Assembly (NCBI GenBank): GCA_013239625.1
Contig: MU053482.1
Span: 1,649,168-1,713,167 of the forward strand
Length of the DNA stretch: 64,000 nt
DNA from: Lama guanicoe
Lineage: Eukaryota
Direction of reading: 5' to 3'
A program made the translations under genes and the position numbers. The notes under the pieces are model-generated. The model did no database searches. It saw nothing but the letters and a program-made list of their open reading frames with translations, and had not been told where the DNA came from. Shown here piece by piece: positions 49,901 through 61,280 of the stretch; the stretch's first letter is position 1, and each line of letters opens with the position of its first letter.

Positions 49901-52900
49901 TTACTATCTTTAAAATAGTCTTCTCATCTTGTAGGACCATATTAGGAATCTCCATTCAAGTTCTTTTTATACATCTCAATTATATTTTATAATTTTCTTC
50001 GTATGGAGCACAAAGAAATTGTATTAATGTGATTTTAAAGCATTTCCTACATAATCTTGCCATTGTAAATGAGATGTTTTTTCAGTCTGTAAATGACTAT
50101 TATTTTGTAATAATAGAGATGTTATTGAGTATTTCCTTTATCTTTTTATCTGGTGACTTCATTGAATTTTCTTTTTTAAGTTTTATTTAAAATTTTTTTA
50201 ATTGAGGTATAGTCAGTTTACAATGTCATGTGAATTTCTGGTGTACAGCATTGTGATTTAGTTATACATATATATATTCCTTTTCATATTCTTTTTCATT
50301 ATAGGCTATTACAAGGTATTGAATCTAGACTTTGATGAATTTTCTGATTCTAGAGGTTTTCTTGTTGATCCATTTAAGTTTTCTCAGGCTCCCAGGACCA
50401 TGTGCCATTTTCAATCGTATAAATTATGACTCTGCTTTCTAATATAGTGGACTAATGACTGTTCATGTCATCCTCAGGAACTTTTAAAAAATTGTAGTTG
50501 GTTTGGCTCCATCCTTACTGAACCACCACCCTCGGGCTCAGCAACAGGAGCTGGGACTAGAAGGGGAGAGGGTGCGAGGTAGATTCCAGACCAAGGAGAC
50601 AACATTTGCAGAGGTTGGGAGAGCACAAGCTTGGCTAGTCTGAAAGCAGACCAGTATGGCTGGAGAAGAGAAACTTAATCAGCTCTGTGGACACTTAAAA
50701 ATGTTTTTGGTCTGTAAGCAAGAGATGTCAGTGAAGGATTTAAAGCAGCAGGTGCAATGGTAGATTTGCATTTGGAAAAGATCACTCTCACTGCCATGTG
50801 AGAACAGCCTGCCAGGGAGCCAGAGGGAAGGGGGGTGCAGCTCATTATGTAACAGCAACTAACTCATACATCTCCTTACTATGTGCCAGGCGCTGCTCAA
50901 AGTGGTTTATGTGTATTAACTATTAAGTTTCCAGGTACGCAGGGAGTTTGTGGCAGAGCCTAGTCTGAAGCCAGCAGATCTGGCTCCAGAGTCCACACCT
51001 GAAGCACACAGGTTATCCCATGCCACAGATGAACTAGTATGGATAAGGGCGGTGGTACTGGAAATGGTGAGAAGACTGAAGAAGGGGATCAACTGAAGGG
51101 ACACTTAGGATTCAATATCAACAGGACTTGGTGATGGACTGGATATGGGGGGTTAGTGGGAGGAAATACCACGTTTTTCCACATATCAATGGCTGTTTGG
51201 AGTTTCTCTGGAACTTGTCTATCTACTTTTCCATTGGGTTGTTCATATGTGCTTATCACCTCTACTCTTTTTCATGGGGAGGGAGGGGATTCAGACCCAT
51301 TGCCAGGGTGCATTCTGCACCTCCTGTGTGTCTCCTGGGTGTGTGACTGAGTGAGGGATGGTCCCTGATCCTCATGCTTCTGCTTAGGGATGTGAAAGTG
51401 AGGTGAACCTAGTCTCAGTGTCTCTGATCAGCTCTCCCAGGGCATTTGGAGGGGGAGGTGAGGAATGTGTGGTTTTTTTTTTCATGTTCATTGTTAGCTG
51501 GGGCCCTGGATAATGGAACTCGAGTGACATTGGAGGCTTTTGACATTAATCCAACCTTCTGATCTTTTAGATTGACACACTGAGGCCAAGAAAACTGGGA
51601 AGAGATTTGTTGGTCATGTAGGAGGCCAGGGACCTAGACCTAGAATTTGGGTTTCCCAACATTCAAGACACTAAAGGCATCTTCAGATCAAGTGAGGACA
51701 TCAACCAGCAGCATCAGCTAGCATCTGGTCAGCCAGACGGGGTAGGGTCCAGGGGAGGATCCTGCAGAGTGTCAGAGCCAAGAGGTGGGGTGGGGCAAAG
51801 TTAAAAATAGGTTGCGTTGAGCCAGAGAAATAGGTACCGATTGCTTGTGAAAACCAGATGGGTTGAGGTGCGAGTCTGGGGAGCTGGGACCCAACACAGG
51901 GACCTGGGGATTTTGGAGCAGGTGGTCAGGAGGCTGGGGCAGAGTGGAGGGGGACCTGAGCTTGAGGAGCACACAGCACCACCCAGAGCCTTGCCTGCTG
52001 GGGAGGGGAGACCTCTGGAGTCCTTGTAGAGGGTTAGCCCAGCTTGCCCGTCTCCAGGAAGACCCCGGAGTCTTGACGAGTGTCAGGGCTTGGACAGGGC
52101 CAACTGGCCTGAGAAAATCAAGCCAACTCATCCTGCCTACTGGAGCCCCTCACTCCCAGTCACTCGCCCCATATCAGCCTCAGGGCTGCAGGATCTGGAA
52201 GGGGCGGGCTCTGCTGGCAGCAGGGAGGGTGGTGCCTGCAGAGTAAATGCAGAGAGAAGGCGGGCAAAGATGAGGCCTGGGAAGCCGGGAGAGAGATGCT
52301 GAGAGAGGTCCGGAGCTTCCCGGAGTTGGAGAAAGGCAGAGCTGGGTACCACTCACCAGCCCCACCAGCCCCAGGCACCATCTTCCCTGAGGAAGTCTAG
52401 AAGGGGCGGCACAGAGCTCAGAGATGCTGAGGGGGAAGTGGTCCTCTCCTCCCTCCTCCCAGAGCCCAGGTGGGGCGGCAGCCCCTGGGACTACCTGTTC
52501 TCATCCTCATCTGGCCTTAAAGCACAGGCTTTGACCAAGGCAGTAAATCCTTGCTCTTGTGACCACCCACAGTGCTTAAGCTTTCTTTTGCATAATAGCT
52601 CCTCAGGGTTGCTGTGAGTAAGCAATGAGATAATGCAGGTAACGCTTAGCACAGTGCGGGCTCTGCGCCAGGGCTCAATAAGTGGGAGCTCTAATTACTA
52701 AATGTTGTCACACCTCCGTGGTGCTTTGGACTTTCGACACAGTGATCACAGGTTCACGTTCCTGCTCTCCGTTCAGCCTCATGCACCTATGCAGTAGGCA
52801 AGGTGTGCATTGTCCCCATCGAACAGATGAGGAAACTGAGGTGAGCCCAGGCGAGTGGTCCCTGGCCACCCAGTGAGTTTAAGCAGAGAAAACAAGAATT

Positions 52901-55900
52901 CAGTTCTAAGTCTAGTGTGTTTTCACTGCTGTGTGTTTCTTTTCTAAAATACAAGACTCCTATCCTTATTTCAGAGTTGAGCAAACTCTAATCACCTTCT
53001 TTTGTCTCCTAACAGCCTTGCTGTAAAGAGTCAAAACATCAGAGAAATTGAGGGCTGGAAGGTAGCCTTTGAGAACATCCCACTCCCTGAATTTCCCGAG
53101 GCACACACTCAAGTGTGACATACACACTCAAGGTCACACAGCACAGTAGCGACAAAGCCGGGGCTGGAATCTGGGTCTGGTGTTCTTTTCTCTCTACTTG
53201 CTACCTCTGTAGGTCCTGGAACTTTTCTTCCCAATTAAAGTTGGGAAAACCGAGCCAGAGAGGTGAAACAACTTGGTTCCAATCACACAGCACTATCCAA
53301 CAGGATGCTGGTCCTTCAGTGACCTGATGGCTTTAGAGTGTGGTATTTATGATCCATTAGCCGCAAAAGGGAAGGGCTGTGGAGCGAAAGATGATGTGTT
53401 GAGGGTGATAAACTTTGCAAATAGTTTAAATTGCATTTCAGGGTCTAATTCCTCTTGCTAGAGAGATGGGTTTGTGAATTCTGAGTAGGGTTGTTTAAAA
53501 TGCATTTCACATTTTAAACAACCATGGTTTTCTTAGATGAGGGGGAAAAAAACCAGGTCAAAAACGCAAACTCGTAGGCTTTTCTGAAAGGTTACAAAAT
53601 AAAATGTTCTTTGCTGGCGGATATAAAGGCAGTGGCTCTCTGTTTGACAAAGGAGAGGGCTCTGCTAGCTAAATCCCGCATTATGAACAAATGAGAGCTC
53701 CCTCCCTCCCTTCCTGATCAGCCTAATTCCTTGTTGCTTATCTGCAAATCCAATAATGCCGGGAAAACAAACCCCTCCTGCTGGCTGAGCACAGGGGCCT
53801 GGGCGCTTCTCCCCTGAAGCTTTTTCCTATTTATAACTCAGCCCCTGCTCCTTGGAGAGCTGGGCTTAGATGCCCTGTGGGAAAGTGGGCAGGAAGACTT
53901 GGCTGGGAACACAAGCCTCCCCAGGACGGGGACACTGTGCTTCAGCTCTAGATTCCCAGTCATCTCCCCACCCTTGTCCAGGACCTCTGAGCAGAAAATG
54001 CTCAGCAGATCCTCAAATGGAGCTGGTAAACTGAGCGAAGAGTAGGTGTTAAGCATCCTTCCCACACTTCCCCATGCCCCTCCACGATCAATCACCTTGC
54101 TCAACATTGCAGAGGCTTTTTATGCCTGCGTGCATTCGAGTGTGGCCGCTTGGGTGTCATCTTGATAGTAGCTCAGTTGCACAGCTTTTCAAGTCTCAGT
54201 TATTAATTTACCAGGCCCATTGTGCTCCGAGTGTGTTTACCATCTGTCTCCCCTGACCACAGTGGTGGGGTGTTGTCCGGGCTGGGTAGGGGTCACTAGG
54301 AGGTCTAAGGAGCCAAAAGCTGGAAAGATGTAAGAGGAAGCAGAGACCTGGAAGGAGGAACCACCTGGAAAGGATGATGTGGTCCTAGGGTGGCCTCGCA
54401 GAGGGACTAGACTATGTCTTTCTCATCCTGGACAACCTCTTCTGAGATCATTCACACACGTGCTAACGTGCGGAGGTTCTTTATAGGACATTATACTTTC
54501 CTCCAGTGTTGTATCTCATCTCGTACACCCGTTCCTCTGTCATTAAATTCCTTGTAAAGGATGCGTAGTGATCCATCCTGTGAATGTAGAATTACTTACC
54601 CAACCAAGTCCCAACTGATAGACATTTCTGGGCCCCCGACTCCTGCTAGTTTCCCCCATTAGAAATAAAGCTGTGATGACTGTCTCTGTGTATTAACTTT
54701 TGACTCCAGTGCATGGTTCTCTTGGCTAGATTTCTAGGACAGGAATTAATGAATTGAAGGGCTAAGGCTCTCATCTCTGGGTTTTCTCCAGAGGATTGCC
54801 GTTAAGCCTGTGGGCTCTAGAAGTCTCCGCTGCCTGAGTTGGGATTTGAACTCTTTCACTTATTATCTGTGGGACTCTGAGCAGGTTATATAACCTTCTG
54901 TTTTCTCACCTGCAAAATGGGGGTAATAATGATTCCTACCTCACAGCGTTGTTGTGCGGATTAAATGAGGGAAGCTATGTGTAACTGTGTTGGGTTGAAC
55001 AGGCATGACTCATGAGATGGAATCACTCAGCCAGCTTAATTTTTGTCTCCCGTGGTCTCTCGAATTTTATTCTAGGGGGTCTGTTTTTCCCCTTAAACCT
55101 AGGTGAAATTGAGGGAAATTCCCATGACTTTCCTGGCCATTTCCAGGTAACCAAAGCTTGTTCTGTCAGTAATTAATATGTTCTCTCTATTGTGATAAAA
55201 AAATGTAATCTTCAGAGTTACCCCAGCTTCTCTTTCCCATCACAGTCTGCTGCAGGCCAACTGCTGTGGAAGAGGGTCCATCTTGCGGTTCCGACTCTCT
55301 CCAGGGTCTAAGATGAAGGCACAAAATGGGGACAGGAGAGGAGAGGGGCAGGAAAGTTCTTGCCTGACTGATGAGCTGGTGTCACACTCTCTGGGCCATC
55401 TCTCTCGCTGGGGTGCTTGTGTGGGTTCTTGAAGACCCTTCCATCATTGGGGTGTGTCCCCAAGGGCGGCTCCCTTGATGTGAGTGATGCTCTCTTCCCA
55501 TGGCTCGTCCCATGGATTCATTCTCAGGCCATGGGAAAGCTGGGCTCATCCCCTCCCCAACTGTGACCTCCCCCGACGAGGGGGCCCTCTTGGCTAGGAT
55601 CTAAGACAATTACACCCATCCCTCATGTCTGGGTCCACACTGGTCCACAGGAAACACTCTTGTATCCATCACCCCAGAAACGTGAGAGCACAGGCTGACC
55701 CTGAAGCTGCAGCACCCTTTCAGCCATCAGGTTAGACGTCACCTAGATGCCCCAGCATGGTGACCCCAAGACCACTGTCACCCAGTGAGCTCCCCTGGGG
55801 GACTTCCTCAAGCCCTCTCTCCCTCCCACTTGGGGCTCCCTGGACCCTGGGGGCTCTCTCTAAAACTCCTCTTAAACCTCCGACAACCCTTTGTTCAGCC

Positions 55901-56669
55901 TCTTATATTTTTGATGTACCAGAGATGAGTGCTGGCTAATGGTCCAGCCTCTTCTGTGTCACCTTTGACGGTGTCCCACCTCACTCTGGAATGTGACATC
56001 TATTAACTTGGCGCCTCAGAGGGAGAGTCCCATTTCATCACTCTATTGTGCATATTGCTTTTATGAAACCCGTAGAGGGTGCCTGGCATACAGCGTGTCT
56101 TCCACAAATGAGTCATGTCTGACCCCGCGTCGCAGGCTCCCCATTTACACGGACTTCATCGCTGTTACACTCGGTTTGCTTTCTGTTGCCTTGTTTTATG
56201 CTTTCTGAGTTGAAGGTTTCCTTTAGACTATGCTTGTTTCTGTTGTGGTGGAGATTTTTATTTCCTATTATCTTCAGTAGTGATTTGGAAAATAGACATT
56301 TTTTTTAAGTCTACTAGTGGTTACCCTGCATTTTTTCAGAGACAGCAGTAAGCCTTTTCATCCCACATTAATCATGTCTCACCGGGCGATGGTCTTTGCA
56401 TATTCTGTAGTTGCTGGAATGGGGGTTTCAGAGGGCACTCTGGCTGCCCACACGTGTGCCACCATCTTACCATGATGTCTGCCCCACGGCTTTGAAGGGC
56501 ACTGGGCTCTGGTGTAGGGCCTTTCATCTCTGTTCTGGACTTTCCTATTCATCATCTACTAGTTTTCAATTCCTCTAGTCTTGTCTCCTTGTATCCTCCA
56601 TCTTGCTCTCAATTCTATTTTTCTAAAAGTTACATCTGGACAGGTTACCCTTGGCTTAAAACCCTTTGG

Positions 56670-57103
56670 CTGTTTGCAGCAACATGGATGGACCTGGAGA
56701 TTGTCATTCTAAGTGAAGTAAGCCAGAAAGAGGAAGAAAAATACCATAGGATATCACTCATATCTGGAATCGTAAAAAAAAAGACACAAATGAACCTATT
56801 TACAAAATAGAAAAGACTCACAGACATAGAAAACAAACTTACAGTTACCAGAGGGGAAAAGGGGTGGGAAGCGACCAGTTGGGAGTTCGAGATTTGTAGA
56901 TACTAATCACTATATATAAAATAAACAAGTTTCTTCTGTATAGCACAGGGAACTATATTCAATATCTTTTAGGAATCTGTAATGAAAAGAATACGAAAAT
57001 GAATATATGCATGTATATGTATAACTGAAACATTATGCTGTACACCAGAAATTGATGCAATATTGTCAACTGACTATACTTCAATCAAAAAAAGAAAAAA
57101 GAA
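56670..57103 (+). mobile_element. 5'-truncated L1 (ORF2 end, 3' UTR, A-tail) inserted in an L2-like remnant
   Basis: Encodes FAATWMDLEIVILSEVSQKE (L1 ORF2 C-terminus) and ends in an A-tail. Perfect TSD AAAACCCTTTGG at 56658-56669 and 57104-57115. Confidence 0.9.
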
Positions 57104-60100
57104 AAAACCCTTTGGTGATTCCCCATTAGCTACAGGATAAAATCCAAGCCCCCCAGCCTGGTGCTCATGGGGCCCTGCAATCTGGCCCTACCTGAACTTC
57201 CAGGCCCTTCTGCCACACTCAGCCGCTCACCTGTATGCCACCACGTGAGGTGGTTTGCCAAGGTTTTCAAATGCATTGGTCACATACTGTCACATCTCCA
57301 TGTGTTGCCTCGCATCATCTTCTCTGTCTGGAATGCCCCTTGGTCACTGAGCCCAGCAGCGCGCCTGGCCAGTGTAGAATCTCAGAAACTGTTCAACTTC
57401 CCCCCTCCGTTTCTCACACATCTATCGAAACCCTCCTCATCCTTCAAAACCTGATTCCACTGTCATCCTTTTTCATTCTCAGGAAACGCTTGTCCTAATC
57501 TGACTCCCTCCCTTCAATCCTGTGGGCCACCGCCTGCACTTTGTGCACCTGGACTGTGACACCAGCATCTTGGTGCTTTCTGTCTCTCCTGCCCAAACTG
57601 AGAGCTCCCTGACAGCAGGGCTGAGCCTGACGCTGGCCAAAGTGCTGCCTGGACCCTTGAGCCCAGCCAGGTGGAGTCGATGTCTGCTTGATTGAACCAC
57701 CTTCCTCAGAAGGCAAGGGTAGAATGCCAAGCTATGAGGCAGGGCCCCTGGGACTGGGTGCCCAATCAGAAGAGAGATTCATTTATTATTCATATCCTTT
57801 TGCTTCCAAAACTGAGGAGAGGTGGCCCACACTCAATAAAAGTGTTAAATTAGAAATAGAAAATTTAAGACTCCACAGGGAAGTAGCAAGTTGCCAAAAA
57901 GCTAACCTCCTTCCTCAGGTGAACTGGCCTTGCTGAGGGGAGCTTGCACCGGGGTCCTCTCCAGCTGGAGTGGCAGGTGTGAGGGTTTCCTTTGGGCTGC
58001 TTCTGTCCCCATGTGTTCTTTTACTCCCCTCACAAACTATGACTATGCTTGAAAATGCCTACGATGCAACCAGGAGACTTGAAATTCACAGCAATACCTC
58101 ATCCTTGAGGAACCGGACAGGTGGTGAGGAGGGTGCACTGGGTTTGGCACGTTTCAGGCACGGTATGCTTGTTCCTGAGCTAAATTTGAAAAGCTTAGGT
58201 ACTTCTTCAAGGGTCATGTAGAGCCCAGCTGCATTTTAACTTTGACCTAGTGCAACATTCCTCATGTGGCTTTCCGGAGTGGCATTTTAGTGGAAGCCAA
58301 GGACACATGCTTAAAATGGCAACCAGGGAAGCCACTGGAGCAGGAAAACCCATTGCCTGTTCTGAATTGAGTATGAACACTCACACATCCTCTTAGAACT
58401 CATGAAAGCACACACTTAGATCCTTCCCATGCGCACACAGCAGTGTACCAACTAACAAATGTTTTGGTGCAGACCCATTCTGACCGCAGGGACACCACCC
58501 CCCCCACACCCTCCCCCACACCCCACTCACGCAGCTGTGGCACACAACCCCACTGGCTCACTCACATCCCAAGTGCACACAGAGCTCTGCAGGAGGAGAC
58601 GTAGAAAGCCGTCTTATTTCTGCACCTCACTCTGCCTCCAGATTTTGCTCCCTTAGGACAGAACCTAAAGTGTCTATTTAATAGATTCAATTACTCCAGG
58701 CTCCTGAGACCTTCCAACTTGATTCTGATTGCTTTAAGGTGTCATAATTTGGGACTAAAGGGGAAAGGCAGCCTCAAGTTCTTGAAGACAAAGTCTTCTG
58801 AGCTCATCTCTGAAGTGGTAGCTGCTGATGGTCTGGAGGATGGGGCTGACCTCTCGCTTCTAGACAGGGTTCTGTCCACAGGTCCTGACAGACAGAAGCC
58901 TTGGGGCATGCTTTGCTGTGCTGCCTGGGCCTCCAAGGCAGGGACCAGTCCTGGGAGCCTGAGGTGAAAACGAAGGCCCAGGCCAGGTGTCTCAGCAGCA
59001 AGGGGACAGCCCTACTTTCTCCTCGCACCCCGCAGCCCCCCACCGTGATGATTTTATTTTTTATTTTTTATTTTTTGGTCAGCTGTCTGTCCTCATTGAC
59101 TGTGATAGCTCTTGGAATTTGATAAATAATCAAAGGTCACAGCCTTCAGAGAGCATTGATGCTGTGCCAGACGGACATGGGTCTGACCTGTCCTGCACTC
59201 CGGAAGCCTGAAGAGGAAGACTGGATGTGTGTACGTGCCTGCATGTGCAGTGCAAGAGCTGTGATAGGCAGGAAGAAGGCTAAGGCCCAGGCCTGTGCAC
59301 CCAGACTGCTTGTGTGAATCCTGGCTTCACCACTGACCTGTGACTTTGGGCAAGATCTTTGCCTTCTCGGTACTTCTGTTTCTTCTGCTATAAATACAGC
59401 ACCTACCTCCTTGGGTGTTTGTGAGAATTACACGAGTTATAGTATATAGCTAGCACCCGGTGCTCAGCAAGTGCTCCAGATATCTTGGTTAGTGTTTTTA
59501 TAGCTAATGAGCAAGGCTGCAGGCCTGGGAGAGAGTGTCCTGGGGTGGAGAGTCATGGCTGTGGACCCAGAGCAGCGGGACGGGCCCTCCCTCAGCCCAG
59601 CTGGCTGTCCTCACACTCTCTCTCCAACATTTGGGCAGTCCTAGGATCCCACGTGGCCACTCTGCTGGCATGGTTGGGGGGATGGTGCTGCTGAATCCAG
59701 GGTGCCTGCATGCAGCGTGGGACTGTGCCCCTTGGCAGCTCCCTCCCTGATCACCTGCCTCTCCTTCCTGCTTCGGCCAGCCCTGCTGTAGACTTGTACC
59801 CTTCACCTTAACATGCCACAATTTGCTTTAAAGTTGGTGCCCATCACAGCCAAGACCTTCTCAGCACTCTTGAGACTTTTAGATTATCTTTGTTGAGAGG
59901 TTTCTGCCTGCATTTAAGTGTAGCCCCTAGAAGGGCTTTGGGGGACAGAGATCCTGGTTGCTTTTGTGTTCTATCGCTTCCTAGCTTTGTCCTTGGGCAT
60001 TTTGGCCTTCCTGAGGCTTTATTCTCTGGGAAATAGGGGTAACTACTTGCCTCCCAAGGCTATTGTGAAGATTAAATAATATAAATTTATGAGGGCTGGG

Positions 60101-60489
60101 GATGCAATTGACAGTAAATGTTATTCTTGTCTTGACTGCTTAACTTAGAGGGGATGGACTCCTCCGCAGTGAGGAAATACCTTCTGTACTAAAACCTAAG
60201 AAAGAAGGTTCCCTGGGGCATGTGAGAACTGGAGGCGGTCGGAGTGGCAGGGAACGGGGAAGACCAGCCTCCATGCTTCGAATCTGGAGGCTCGCAGGAC
60301 CTCTTTCGGTCTTTTCTGGCATCATTCTCTTCCTACGCAAATGGACTCCCACCCCCACTTCTCCCCTCCCCGACCCCGCACCCCAATATGAGCAGCGGTT
60401 TCCCATTCATCAGTGGAGATAGGTAGGCCAGGTAGATAGGTAGGTGGGTGTTAGAATCATCCCCGTTTCACAGAGGAAGAAACTGAGGC

Positions 60490-61280
60490 TCAGAGATCTG
60501 GGACCGCCCAGGGGCGGCGCCTGTTCACCCAAGGTGGGCGCGGGCGCGGGCGCGGTCACGTGTGCAGAGCCTGGGGACCCGAGGTTTCGGCAAGCGGAGC
60601 GTTGGGGACGCCAGAGCCGGCCTGGGGGTGGGGTCTCCGTCGGGGGCGGGCCGCCGCTGCCACGCAGCACTCCGGCCCGGGCGCGGGACCGAGCCCCACT
60701 GGTGGCCGGGCGGTGCGGGCCGCCTCTCCCAGCTCCGCGCTCGCGCGCGCGCGCCGCCCCCGCGCTCTCCGCCGCTAGCGGCCCGGGGCGGCCCGGGGGC
60801 TCAGCAGGGCCCCCGCGCCGGCCCCCGCGGGCCCCGGCCTCCCGAGCCGCAGCCGCCGCCCCGCCCCCGAGAGACATGACTTCCAAGCCGCATTCCGACT
60901 GGATTCCCTACAGGTACGCGGGCTCCAGCCCCCACCTTCTCTTTAACTCCAGGGCGCGGGCCCAGCCCACCACCCTCCAACGCCGAGAGTGGGGCAGGGT
61001 CGAGGGTGCCGGGCCGGGGTGCCCACTACCCGAACTCGGGGCGCAGGGCTGGCTGGGGACGCCGGGTCGGGGCGTGGGGCAACTGTACCCTCCCCATCAG
61101 GCCCAACACTGAAGGGCGCGGGTTGGAGGCGCTGGGCCTTTCTACCTCAACTTTGGAGGCGCTGGTGGACCGAACCCGCCTGCCCTGCCCCCTTAAACGA
61201 CTGGGTTGCTGGAAGGGGCCAGTGTTCTGGGCCTGTGTGGGCCTTGTTGGGGCCGGCAGCGCCGTGTGACCGCCTGGGGA
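60490..61280. promoter_or_regulatory. CpG island / proximal (canonical) TUB promoter
   Basis: Extremely GC/CpG-rich with GGGGCGG GC-boxes and a (CG)n run near 60742-60753. Contains the MTSKPH exon. Confidence 0.9.
60876..60913 (+). CDS. TUB: TUB canonical first coding exon (MTSKPHSDWIPY + AG, phase 2)
   Basis: gacATGa at 60876, 12 codons plus 2 nt, donor AG|GTACGC at 60913/60914. Identical to the recalled TUB isoform b N-terminus. Confidence 0.95.

Noticed and set aside
60410..61112. Long overlapping ORFs on both strands at the proximal promoter
   Set aside because: Stop-poor CpG-island artefacts. Only 60876-60913 is supported as coding.
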